A stretch of DNA of 62,927 nucleotides, counting the filler, from Licmophora abbreviata (Eukaryota), in assembly GCA_900291995.1 (NCBI GenBank). It is 10 parts of 10 records of this genome, joined end to end, with 100 filler letters (N's around TTAATTAATTAA, not from the genome) between each part and the next. Parts side by side here need not be neighbours in the genome. Positions count along the whole stretch, not along the records: positions 15,058 to 38,730 come from OLMU01000435.1; positions 38,831 to 42,905 come from OLMU01000436.1; positions 43,006 to 44,678 come from OLMU01000437.1; positions 44,779 to 51,815 come from OLMU01000438.1; 6 more parts are not named here. One strand, written 5' to 3'. Below are positions 37,504 to 49,168 of the stretch, one piece after another. Numbering within the stretch: the stretch's first letter is position 1; every line of letters starts with the position of its first letter. The translations under genes were made by a program, and so were the position numbers. The notes beneath the pieces were generated by a model, which made no database searches, was not told the DNA's origin, and worked only from the letters and a program-made list of their open reading frames with translations.

Positions 37504-38544
37504 TCATCTTATATGCTTGGCCCATTCTGAAATGACTCCGTCACTGCCATACCATACAAAGTCGTCCGGAAGAGCAATGGACGGTGCATAGCCGTCAAGT
37601 AAGTTCCACGGTGTCGGAAGTACATGCGCGTGTCTCACCGCCTCGCCGGTCACATTACAATTGTCGATCTCGACACGACGGGCAGGATTCTCCATGAAGG
37701 CCAGATCGGTAGGAACGATGCCGTCCCCTTGACTACCCAGGCGACCGAGGAGTGGAAAGTAGGAAGACGCAGCGACAATCTCCTCGACGTTGGTCGTTAG
37801 GAACTTTCCGTCCAGCCCGGAGCTCCCAACGCACGTCACATCAATGCCGCGATCAACAAAAGATTGAGAAGAGCATGACTTGGTTCGTTCGACCTCGGCG
37901 AGCAGTCCTCGGGTCTGATCGACCAAGGCATCTTCGGGTGACGTGTGCGGTGTGCCGACAGTGATGAACGATGAACATCGCTCCTGCGTCAACCGAGTGA
38001 CTGCCGACGAGCATCCACTAAGACCCCCGAGATAGGCTCGCGCCACCCATCCACCAATCGAATGACCAATGATGCACACGTTCACATCAGTTCCTTCCTC
38101 GGCATAGATCTCCGCAAGACCGGATTCCATTGCATCAAAATACCAGCTGAGTGTCGAGTGCACCGGCAGCCTGGCTTCCAGAAAGGCTCTGGTTGGAAGG
38201 TTCCGCGCCACTTTTATCCACTCGGTCCTCGGTAGTGGCACCACGCGACATGTTCCAATGGTGGGTCCATCCTTGCGCGGTATCTGTCGGAGCTTTTCGA
38301 AAAGTACATCGTAATCCGCAGGAACACAGAATTGCGCAGGGCAAAGCAGAATCGCGACGCGATTATTGCTACTGGTGACACTGACTCCAGTGGATCTGCG
38401 ATCTTTTGTCTCAGTTGCCGCCAGAGTCTGCAAAGGAAAAGTCGGACTGTTCTTCTGTATGGACGGTCGCATCGTGAAGGCTCTACTGGAGCCGAAAGCA
38501 AAAGCGGCAATGCCTCCTAGGAGTATCACAGTCCAGGTTTTCAT
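37504..38544 (-). CDS. Plastid-targeted alpha/beta hydrolase (PGAP1/lipase-like)
   Basis: Signal peptide with SRA-F cleavage motif; nucleophile elbow IGHSIGGW, TVGTPH, GDGIVP. Confidence 0.75.
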   Translation of the reverse strand: MKTWTVILLGGIAAFAFGSSRAFTMRPSIQKNSPTFPLQTLAATETKDRRSTGVSVTSSNNRVAILLCPAQFCVPADYDVLFEKLRQIPRKDGPTIGTCRVVPLPRTEWIKVARNLPTRAFLEARLPVHSTLSWYFDAMESGLAEIYAEEGTDVNVCIIGHSIGGWVARAYLGGLSGCSSAVTRLTQERCSSFITVGTPHTSPEDALVDQTRGLLAEVERTKSCSSQSFVDRGIDVTCVGSSGLDGKFLTTNVEEIVAASSYFPLLGRLGSQGDGIVPTDLAFMENPARRVEIDNCNVTGEAVRHAHVLPTPWNLLDGYAPSIALPDDFVWYGSDGVISEWAKHIR

Positions 38545-38730
38545 GGCAACACTGGTGAACACGACACCGAAAGTCCTACAGGGAAACTGATTGGAGACGC
38601 TCAATGCCAGCTAGGAATGTTGATCTTTAAGGACATTCCTTAGTCACTGTCCGTCCTAACAAAGCTCTTGTTGTGCCATGTTCAATCTCGCGTCATGCGT
38701 CGTCGCGGTATTCTCACCATGACGCGGGAA

Positions 38731-38830
38731 NNNNNNNNNNNNNNNNNNNNNNNNNNNNNNNNNNNNNNNNNNNNTTAATTAATTAANNNNNNNNNNNNNN
38801 NNNNNNNNNNNNNNNNNNNNNNNNNNNNNN
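38731..38830. other. Artificial contig spacer
   Basis: N44-TTAATTAATTAA-N44. Confidence 0.97.
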
Positions 38831-39131
38831 AACTGACGTGTTTTCCGGGTCTTATCAGCGGCGCGTTGCACTGTTGAACTCACACTCGATTCCTATTACC
38901 ATTAGGCCTTACGGTAGATCAAATCATCGTCTCACTTGTCAAAGTGTTTCATGGCGATGGTCGCTAACCGTACGGACACATGGTATCTCTCGCTAGAATT
39001 GGCTCGAGGGAGTAATCTCATTATCCTGGTAATTATCACTCTCTCTAGAGTAGCTGGTAGCTAGTAGCAACCCTCGCCATTTATGTCTACGCCGTCGTAT
39101 CTCACTACTAATTCTCAAAATCTTAGAGAGT

Positions 39132-42100
39132 CTACTTCATACTCCTGATGACATTTTCGATCATATCTAACTGGTGAATGAAACCCGAAACGTCGTCTCT
39201 GGCCCCTCGCATTCGTTCCAGCGAAGTCTTGTACACTTCGACCCGGGCCAGTAAGAAGGAGGACGAGCGAGAGAGCTGCAAACAACAGACGACGCGACAC
39301 AGTGAGAATTATTATAAGACCTTGAGTTCCCAGACACAGAAAACCACTTACGTCGCGAAGCGCTTCAGTTGTTGAAGTAGTCCCCGGGCTTCCACTCGCG
39401 GCCGTCACCCATTTGTTCAGCACTTCCGTAGTGCTTGAAACATGGTAAAGCCTCCGCTGAGCATCGACTCCTCCCATGAGTTCACGTTCCTCAACCTCGG
39501 CCATTTCGTCGTAAGACTGAAAGATCGCAGTATACGGCACACCAACTGCGACAAGTATGGCAAGAGGCCAGGGCGCCGGTGCCGCCGCCGTGTCGGTGGC
39601 AACAAATTGGGCTTGTCGCAATCCTGTAAGTCGAGTGTGAAAGACAATGTGGTCTGTTTGGCAAGGCATCTCAAGACGTATCATAGCGCAGATACGATAG
39701 CAAACGTACCTTCTAAAGTCGACGATAAAAAGGCAACAGGAAAGGCGGGATCGGGTCCATTCCTGCACAAATCTCGGCCGAGAGAAATAATTCTACTTTT
39801 GAGACCGTCCACCCAGTCACCATTCTCAAAAAGAGGAAAAGGGTAGTCTTTGTTGTCGGGAAGAAGCGTAACTTTCTGTTCAAGCAATGATCCTGCCATC
39901 AGGTTCTGAAGAAACTGATACGCAGCTGGGCTCCGGGTAGAGCAAGGAAGCAGTTCTTCGCAAAAGAGACTCTGCCAAAGAGTCTGTATAGTCGAAGGGT
40001 CGTTGAGTTTGCAAGAGTGCAACAACAACAAGCACACATCGAAGAGCTGCAATTGCGCCGCATAGCTGTTGTAAAGTTCTGATACCGGGACCAAGCTGCC
40101 GTTCAAATCAGCTAGCTGCGACCCGTCCAGCTTCGATTCGAGAGCGGCGGACTCCACCGCCTGTCGCACGCGGTTTTGCAGCATTGCAATGTCTAGCTGC
40201 TCGCTGATTTCGTGATACTTGCGCTGGGCTTCCTCGTATCGTTCCGCCAATCGCGCATCGCGGCCGAAGCTTGCTTGCATTTCATCCGAGCTCTTTCGCA
40301 GAGCATCTTCATATGACTGAAGCGACTTCGTGAGCGCAGAGATTCGTTCCTCGAGCAAAATGTCCTTGCTGTCACTGCAAGCCAGTCGGTGCATGATCTC
40401 GGCTGCCTTTGTATCTTCGTTCTGTTCACGAAAGTAGCGCCAGAGTAGTTCCTTATCACCATCGGGACGACAGAGCCACTTCTCGAGGTCACGATTGTTA
40501 ATCTGAAGGAGGGCATACTCATGATGGCTCTTGACAAGATGATCGTACAGCGCGTGCTTGAAGTTTTGATCGGTCGATGCAGCACAGGCTTCGACCATCT
40601 TTCTCGCGAGGTCGGACTCGGGCGAGCCCAGCAGAGTTGTCAGGTGGTGAAAAATGATGGCATGGCATGCCCGCAAAGCGTCCTGCGGCATTACATCCGC
40701 GCCAACGACAGAAACGGTTGCCGACGACGAGGTTTGAGCTGAGGCGCTTACATCCGCACTGTCAGCCTCCCGTTCCTGATCCTTTCGCTTGTGGTAGAGG
40801 TTTCGTTCCCAAGGTAACATACGACTGAAATCATCCTTCTGCGGTCCATTCGACACGTTCTTGTGTCGCCCCCCAAAGTTCGAAGCGGTGGTCAGGCATA
40901 CCTCCACGACATTCGAGACATCGCGAAGCTGCATGAGAGCGGTTGCGGCCTGCGCTAGCGGGCTCTGGTATTGAATAGCTCGGCTTGCAATTTGATCATA
41001 GTTCTCGTTTTCAGCGCTGTGCAATACTCGTCCGGTAACTAGAGGGGCACTGTACCAGTATCTTGCAGCTTGTTTTAGATCGCTTGCCGCTTCATTGATA
41101 AGAGCCGAGCGACGAGAAGATGTAGACTGACAGGATAGTGCTTCGCTAGCCGCGCGGAATCCAGAGTAGGCGAAACGCGACCCCGGCGAAAAGTAGAGAT
41201 AGCAATCCGATGCAAGAAAACTTGCGAGCTGATCAGCTTCTGCGGAGGGCCTCACGACAGATGAGGACGACAGGTTTGAGCTGACTAACGTGTTGAGAAG
41301 ACTCTCAATTCGCTCCTGTCCATCGCGACTTTTAGCAAGCTGGGCCGTTGTCAGACCATGCAATAAGCCCCAATCGACACCGCATAGCTCAGGCATGGAT
41401 TGGGCACGATGAAGCAAAGAAAGAAGGCGTAGAAGCTGCACAGTGCGTGCGAGTAGGCGATACTGCGAATGGAGATTCCTTTCCTCGACAAGACGCGCAA
41501 TCGCTTCCGCTTCTCTGACAGTCAACCCAAGTCGTGCCCCCGCGATTAACCCATTCTGATTCTGAATATATCGCTGATACTGCATCGTCCCCGTGATTAC
41601 CTTCTGTGACCCACCGCCATTGTAGTCGATTTCCATACGATCTTCGCTCTGCTGGAGAATGCCCGGCACAACACTAATTGCAGGGGGGAAGACCTCTCTC
41701 ATCATTGCAAGAAGAGCATCCAAAGGCTTCCGAACGGCTTCCAACGTCGGGTCGTCGAGGAGCAACTCTACCTTGGCAGGATACACGGTTTCGCCTCCAG
41801 CCGTTGATTTCACCTTTTGTCCTTCGGTCACCACAACGGCAGGTTTATGCCATAGAGGACGCAGAAGACGGGATGCCAACGAAGTTAGCCCTTCGTACAA
41901 GGCGGACGGCTTGAAATCGTACCCAGGAGGAATAGCTGGATCGGAGCGTGGCGCAGAGACAGATTCAGTAGCCCCACCATTTTGCGTCTCAACATGAGGC
42001 ACTAGCTTCGGAATGAAGCCCCTGCTCAGAGCGGCACGGCGCGCACGAGCTTCTAGCTCAGCGCCGTATTCTTCACTTGTTCCTGTGGGTCCATAGCCAA

Positions 42101-45100
42101 TGGCAAGGCTCAAGCACATAGCACATCCCTGTTGATACCCATAGCTGGCGAAGAACTGCGTGACCTTCTTGTCTGTCGTTACATTGACACCAGGAGCCAT
42201 CAGCGCCTCCGCTAAACTCGTCAGGACGGACTTAATCGTGAAAAAATGCAGGCCTCCCGTGTTAAGAGCGACCACGTCACGGGACGGCAGCAAGTGTTGT
42301 ATAGCAAACGGATTCAACGGGACTACAGGAGGGCGCAGAAGCCATGGACTGAGACGAGCAGACTTGGACGTCGACAGCACATCAGCTCTTCCAACTGATA
42401 CCCTCCCAGTTCCAGACACGCTCCCCCCAGCGGTGACACTGAACCCATTTGATCCATATCGATTTGAAATTCGATAAATTTCCTCGCTTCGTGCTTCCAC
42501 CCCCTCTTTCCATCCTCACACCAGAACGGTACGAAAGTCCCTCCCGTAGCGGTCGAGACAGCATGAAGTTCTTAAGGAGGGTGAAAAGGATAGAAGCACC
42601 ATCCGAGGTCTCATTTGTTGTCACGATCGCTCGAGAGGTGGCCTGGGGCGCTGTCGGGTGCGGATTTGATTTGGAACGGGGGTTAGGAACAAAAGCGGGA
42701 ACCAGCCCGACTCCCAATTCCGAGTCCGTTGGTGTCTGCGACCTGATGACCAAGTCTAGAACATTGTCCTCAGCCGGAACCGCCACATTGATATCGAGAA
42801 CTCGACCCCCTGGGAGCACCGGAGGATGACCGGCGGCCGAAGGGGCATTCATCGCCATGGGCAGCGACATGGTCTCCGAAATGCCGCCGGGTGCCGTCAA
42901 AACAANNNNNNNNNNNNNNNNNNNNNNNNNNNNNNNNNNNNNNNNNNNNTTAATTAATTAANNNNNNNNNNNNNNNNNNNNNNNNNNNNNNNNNNNNNNN
43001 NNNNNAACAACTCTTCCTTGTTCATGTGTCGCAGACGCCGTCGAAGGTAGCTTCTTTCGTGCGACAGCGTCTGGACCGGTAGCGATAATCACATCTCCGA
43101 CATACTTCGTCGTACGAGACCCGGACGACCCATTCGTGCCTGGAGCACTCGACCTGTGCTCTACGGCGAGTACCATAACACCATCGCCACAATACGCTGA
43201 ATCGGTCTGTGCAATCTTGTTATTCCTTGCAGCAACACGTGGGGTGTAGCCTTCGACTCCAGCGCCTGCTTCCGCATCAAAGGAAGGAAGATCCTGGATC
43301 AGGCCTGTCTCCCCGACGGGAGGCGGCGACCGCACATGGCATAGCGTGAACCTTCTAGACGGTGCGAGTGGATCCGTCCTTCGATTCATTCCCATGTGCT
43401 GCCCAGGTCCTGTGTTAAGCACGCTCGGCGACAGCGATGAGAGATAGTACCTCAATCCTCCAGCCGTTACCGCCATGAGGGTCAATCGACCGCTCTCACG
43501 CCTCGACACGACGTGCAGCGACACCGGAGTGAGGATCCCGGGTGCATGGTCTTGAGTAGAGGCACGACGGCTAGCATTCTTTTCAGAATCCGCTAACTTG
43601 AGTATCGTTCGTGCTCCATCCATCCCACCGACGCCAGCCTGAGCCGATGATCCTCCACCCGGGAAAGTGATGTTCCCAAGCATCGAAGATGAAGCAGATG
43701 GAGGATACATCCTTCCTTTGGAAACTGCTTCTAGGTAGATTCGAGCAGTTCGTTTAGCATCCATTATGGCAGTCAGCTTTATTTCCGCTTTCTTGTTCCC
43801 TGCCGATGACATGCCAAGATCAAAAGCGCAAATCCAACCACGTGTGCTCAGCGTGTAGAGACAAGATCGTTCGGCATCATGGACAATCTTCAAAATGGGA
43901 CCTCCAGTGGAGGACGACAGCCCACTACCCAGAATGGCAGAAGTGGTCTTCGTCAGAAAGTCCGGAAGTATGGCATTAGCAATGGAGGACACATGTGCCG
44001 AATGATTGATCTTGCGGCACTTGCGTGGATTCGCATCCGTGAACGTCTTTGGCAGCACGGACGAAAACGTTCGTTTGCCAGCCAACAATAACCCATGACG
44101 AACGGAGTTGTCAGATGCGCCGCTTCCAAGCTTCGGAAATGGTTTCCCACCATCATAGAATCGATCCAGACGCTGCTCCAAAGTAGGCATGGACATGTCA
44201 GGATTCGTCAGTGGGTCATAGGTCACTTCGTAGAGGCAGCCGTCGTATCCTCCTAGAAGGATTCGTCCATCGGGAGTGCCACAGACACTCAAGAGTGAAA
44301 TCGAGTCGGTGGGCAGCACGTATCGGGTAGGGATGAGTCGAAGTGCGCCTTTTCCATGCAGGAATCCATTTTGTGCAGGACTAGATGGCTCGCCGTTCGA
44401 TCGGGCTAGCGCACAAAGAATAACCTCTTCGGGTGTCGTTACAACAACACACCACTCGACTGTATCCTTGAATACACCTGAGAGTTGATAAAGCGACACG
44501 TTCTTTTACTGAGTACATACATATCGTTCCGTCCATCACCAATCATCGTTACTCATCGTACCTTTCTTGGGTCGAACTAGACCAACACTGACTACGCACT
44601 GGCCCGTCGGTACTGCGAATGAGCAATAGTCCTCCATACCACCCGGTGCGGCAATATCGGAAGACCAGAGAAATAGTTNNNNNNNNNNNNNNNNNNNNNN
44701 NNNNNNNNNNNNNNNNNNNNNNTTAATTAATTAANNNNNNNNNNNNNNNNNNNNNNNNNNNNNNNNNNNNNNNNNNNNCGGTACTGCGAATGAGCAATAG
44801 TCCTCCATACCACCCGGTGCGGCAATATCGGAAGACCAGAGAAATAGTTTATCATCGACAGTCATCCAGACAAGACTGGCCTCCGGAAAGAGTCCCATAA
44901 GGACAGCCATGCGCGTTGTCTTAAGCTGTTGCGTCAAGTAGGGTGGCAACGGTACGGTCCGACGGTGCACCATAGTTTCGGCCGAGTTGAAATAGAGATG
45001 ACTTCCCGGTCCGGACGAAATTATCCGACGATACAAATCTGAATCCGGAGCAGCTTCATCAGCACGAAGCGCTTCAAGCACAGTCTTTCCGGCGGCTTCA

Positions 45101-45156
45101 AGCGGTCTGAAATCGTCTCTCCAATAAGCCTCCATGGCTCCCGGAGCTGTCGCCAT
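39132..45156 (-). CDS. NUP155: Nucleoporin Nup155/Nup170; spans two gaps; introns 44478-44561, 39624-39709, 39276-39351; apparent frameshift at about 42502
   Basis: MGLFPE..LVWMTVDDKLFLW, VGLVRPKKGVF, GRILLGGYDGCLYE, ASRLLRPLW, LEERI..L, SELYNSYA. Confidence 0.88.
42906..43005. other. Artificial contig spacer
   Basis: N44-TTAATTAATTAA-N44. Confidence 0.97.
44679..44778. other. Artificial contig spacer with overlapping flanks
   Basis: N44-TTAATTAATTAA-N44; 44608-44678 is identical to 44779-44849. Confidence 0.97.
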
Positions 45157-45691
45157 GACTGTCAATGACAAAAATCAGTTTGCAATCCTGCAAATTGTTT
45201 TCTGCAGACGCACTTGCTCCACTTAGGTCAGTTGATATTGAAACGGCAATATAACGAGTGAAAGTAGCGAAAAGTTCAACTGTTACGTTGCAGCAAGCCT
45301 TGGATACCACACTCCTTGCCGATCGACGGCTACGATCTTTTGGCTGTGCGTGCCATGGCGGATGGAGGTCGCGGCGTCGCCGACCGCATTGCACTCAACG
45401 ATGTGGACAGCGGCCAGACGACCTTCGCGCCATTTCCTGTCCGTCGTCAGTCGAACATGCATGGTCGTTTGCGGGTGATGACGTTTTTTCAGAAGTATGA
45501 CGACGATGGGTTTGGTTGGCCCTCTCTCATTGTCGTCATCGTCACTGATGTCGTCGACTCTTTTGACTTGCGTTGCGTGAAACAAGAGGCAGTCGTGGAC
45601 TCCAGCTTCACTGTAACATCTGTCTTGTCGAAGCAGATAGATTCAACGAGGAATCTCTTGTGAACCCAGAGCGCCGATTGAAGTATTCGAA

Positions 45692-46989
45692 ATGAAGATT
45701 TTGTCCATTCTCAGTTTTGTGGTCGCCAGTACAGCGGTTGTCCACGGATGGTCGGGTAGCGCTCCATCGTCTTTGGTCAAGTCGTCGCCCCACAAACTGA
45801 GACAGCGCCAGACAGTAATATCCCTGTTTGCGGCGTCGACAACAGCAGAAAGCGAAGATGTTGTACTGTCCCCCGCGGAGGAAAAGAAGCTGGCACTCAA
45901 GAAGCAGATACGAGAAGAAGGCGGTATCTTTGCCTTCAATACAAAGTACGGAGCGCTCAATCCATTCGGAATCTATTACGGACTTACGGCAATCCTACTA
46001 GGTATCCCTTGGTTTTTCGCTCTGACTCTTTGCCAGATCATGTACACGATTTCCGGAGGACGAATTGACAAACTGGTGAGTAGTAGCATCAACTCGCACC
46101 CCAACAGCTCGCATGGCTTTTGATTGATGATGGGCGACTCACCGTGTTCGTCGAATGAATAGCGACGACTGCCAGTCTTCTTCAGCCAGATCTGGGGCAC
46201 CTGCCTAATGTTTCTCACTCGTTGTACGCCTGGTATTGAGAACCACAAGACTCTACTGGAATATTACAAGCAGTGAGTCTCGTCTTGTGGAATATATTCA
46301 CCCTGTGACTCCATCGATCCAGACGGTCTCACCACAGTCCATTACTCGTTTCTTTAGGAAACAAGCAGCAATGTTTGTCGCAAATCACAATTCTTGGTTG
46401 GACATCCCCTTTGTCGGCTACACCATGGGTTGGAGAAACTACAAACTCGTTTCCAAGGCGGAACTTGGGAAGGTTCCGATTCTGGGGAAGGCGATTCGTG
46501 AAGGCAAGCATATCATGGTAGATCGATCGAGCCGGCGATCTCAGTTGAAGACGCTCAAGTCTGGTATTCAAATGCTAAAGGTGCGTGCAGTGGGATGACA
46601 GTGCGACCTAAGCAAAGGATTCAGGCCAGTACGAACAGTCTAAAGCATACTCACGTCGACGTCATTTTTCTGGCTCGCAGGACGGCGTTCACCTCTGTAC
46701 TTTTCCAGAGGGTACTCGATCTCGGACGGGACGAGTGTTGCCTTTCAAGAATGGCGCCTTCAAAATGGCTCACAAGGAGGGCGCGCCAGTTGTTCCTCTT
46801 TCCATTGTCGGCTCGGCCTCAGCCATGCCTTCTCATTGGATGTTCCCTTGTCGTCCCGCCGGTGCTATTGCCAAGGTGATCGTCCACGAACCGATCGAGA
46901 GTAAGGGGAAAACAGAAGAGGAGCTTGCTAATACCGTACGTGACACCATCATTTCAGGGCTTCCGGAAGAACAGCGCCCCGATGCGTAA
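45692..46989 (+). CDS. 1-acyl-sn-glycerol-3-phosphate acyltransferase (LPAAT, plastid ATS2/PlsC type); multi-exon
   Basis: Signal peptide; ANHNSWLDIP (NHX4D), KAELGKVPILG, FPEGTRS, FKNGAFKMA. Confidence 0.9.
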
Positions 46990-47181
46990 TCGATGACGAC
47001 GGACCCGTGTCAGTATGATTTATCCCCCATGCTTCCGGTGACTTTATGAATGCGCGCTACAGTTGATTGCAAACCGATTAGAAAGACAGAGTATACTGCA
47101 AAACTACCTCTATGTATTTAACACCATGATACACAGTCTATATACTACACGTCACCTCCAACCAGAACAACAAGTCAAAAA

Positions 47182-47841
47182 CTACATGATTGCGCATCCA
47201 TCCTGAGCCTCCGACAGAACAAGTTCCCGAGGGCACTTGATGAGCTTTCCAATCTTGACATTATTCAGCATGTCATGTGCTTTTCGAGAGTGGAACCGCA
47301 TGTCGCTGGTAATGTCGGCAGCACCTCCAGACTTTTTCAAAATGCTCTGTGTTCCGCCAGGATGGCACGCGACATACGTCGTGGCATCGTACACAGAGTC
47401 GCCGGCCACTAGCCAAGCTGAATCTATGGTATTGTGTCGCTTAACTTGACACATGGTGAAGTGCTTCTCCCGGTTTGGGTTCAGACACGGTGAAGGACTT
47501 CCAAAGAAACCAAAGCGGGACCGGTGGTGTTCGGAACAAGGAGAGCGCAACTCTCGCTTGGCTGCACACCGAACACAACATGAGTCATCACACACATCAT
47601 CGCAAAAGGGACAAGCGTCACAGGTTATCGGAGAGACACTCTTGTCGCTTACGACTCCGCCTACAAGCGTGTTCCCGCGGGCGGTCGACGTGCCACTAAA
47701 GGGTGCCGATATTTCCGTCTCTTCGCTCCATTCGTCTGAATCCAATGACCGACTAGATAATCTGTGCTGTGGTCTGGTCAAAAGATTGTTCTGTGGCATG
47801 GAAGATCCTGCATCGTGGCTGGAAACAGCAGCGGCCGCCAT
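47182..47841 (-). CDS. Cytochrome b5 heme-binding domain protein with a Cys-rich N-terminal region
   Basis: VKRHNT..SAWLV..SVYDATTYV.CHPGG...FHS (both axial His present), KIGKL. Confidence 0.8.
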   Translation of the reverse strand: MAAAAVSSHDAGSSMPQNNLLTRPQHRLSSRSLDSDEWSEETEISAPFSGTSTARGNTLVGGVVSDKSVSPITCDACPFCDDVCDDSCCVRCAAKRELRSPCSEHHRSRFGFFGSPSPCLNPNREKHFTMCQVKRHNTIDSAWLVAGDSVYDATTYVACHPGGTQSILKKSGGAADITSDMRFHSRKAHDMLNNVKIGKLIKCPRELVLSEAQDGCAIM

Positions 47842-48248
47842 GGTGACGAGGCGTTTGATGACACGAGAGAAATGTGAACGAAATGTCAGTCGAAAGCGAC
47901 GTTGCGTGGTGACAGGCGTCCGGCTCGTGCCGTCGGCATATTTAGAACACTCAGCCATGTAGGTACCATTCCAACGAAAACGTCAAAAGGCGTCACTATG
48001 ACGCTCATAAGCATGCTTTTTAGTGTGTCTGCGTCAATATTCAAGGTTGAGACTGTTGACAGAAAAGGAAGCGTCAAGTTGAAGTCTGTGCGAGCAACTG
48101 TGATGGTTGATGTTCGAATTCGGAAACAACTTCCGAAGATCGCGAGGAAGCACCATGCCGCAAAATTGACATCTTCCGCCGGTGTCATCGAAGATAGCAG
48201 GGGCCGGTTGTTGTATCATTTCCAAAATCACGCCTTCTCCTACATACC

Positions 48249-49053
48249 ATGAAGTCAGCCACATCGTCCGTTCTGGTCGTCGGTGGTGCTGTTGCCACCC
48301 TTGCAGCGGTCAAGTTTCTAGTTCCCGCGTTGCGCAAGGATAAGTCAAGGTGCGTGTGGTCGACGACACTCGCCACCACGGCGCTATGGACCGCGTGTTC
48401 AGTTCCTGTCTTTCGTTCACACAGTTTGTTAGCTGCGATAACTGTACTACTGTCTAACGCTGCCTTTCACTTTCATCTTCTGCAGTGTGACCGTCAGTCT
48501 TCCAAAGTGGGCACTTGACAAATCGTATTATGAGAAAGAGTATACTTCCGAGGAAGAAATGATGGCGCTCGCTGTGGAAATGTCGGCTCGTAATGTCTCG
48601 GAAGGGACGGGAGGCCCGTTTGGATGCTGCATCTTCGAACGTGATGTCGAAACAGGAAAGTGCAAGCTCTTTTCGATCGGAATGAATCGCGTGGTTCCGC
48701 TGAGCAACTCGACTTTGCACGGAGAAATGGTTGCAATTCAGATGGCCCAGCAGAAGCTCAAAGTCTTCTCCTTACAGAATGGACCAGAAGGGAAAGAGTA
48801 TGACCTCTACACCTCGTGCGAGCCCTGCTGCATGTGCCTCGGCGGGACGCTTTGGAGTGGTGTGTCGCGCCTTGTGTGTGCCGCAACAAAGTCGGATGCA
48901 ATGGCGATTGGATTCGACGAAGGTCCCGTGTTTGAGGAGTCGTATGTGCATCTACAAAAAGCCGGCATCGATGTGAAGCGAGGAGTATTGCAACAGAAAG
49001 GGGCTGAAGTTCTACGCAAGTACGGAGAAACTGGCGAGATTTACAACCGTTAA
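48249..49053 (+). CDS. Zn-dependent nucleobase deaminase (GuaD/TadA-like); intron 48350-48485
   Basis: [28 protein letters not shown]; hydrophobic N-terminus. Confidence 0.85.
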
Positions 49054-49168
49054 TTTTTGTCCAGTTTCCCGTGCCGAGTCTCTTCCCGAGAAGCTTAGCG
49101 TTCGATGTTGTCACGTAATCACAAATTGTTACATCTAGCCCAAGAAACATGTCAAACCCTTGACAGTG

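Noticed and set aside
44608..44849. 71-nt direct repeat as a TSD or LTR
   Set aside because: It flanks a spacer inside Nup155 coding sequence; an unmerged contig overlap.
45258..45663. Short ORFs between Nup155 and LPAAT
   Set aside because: No recognisable motifs; they lie in a divergent promoter/UTR region.
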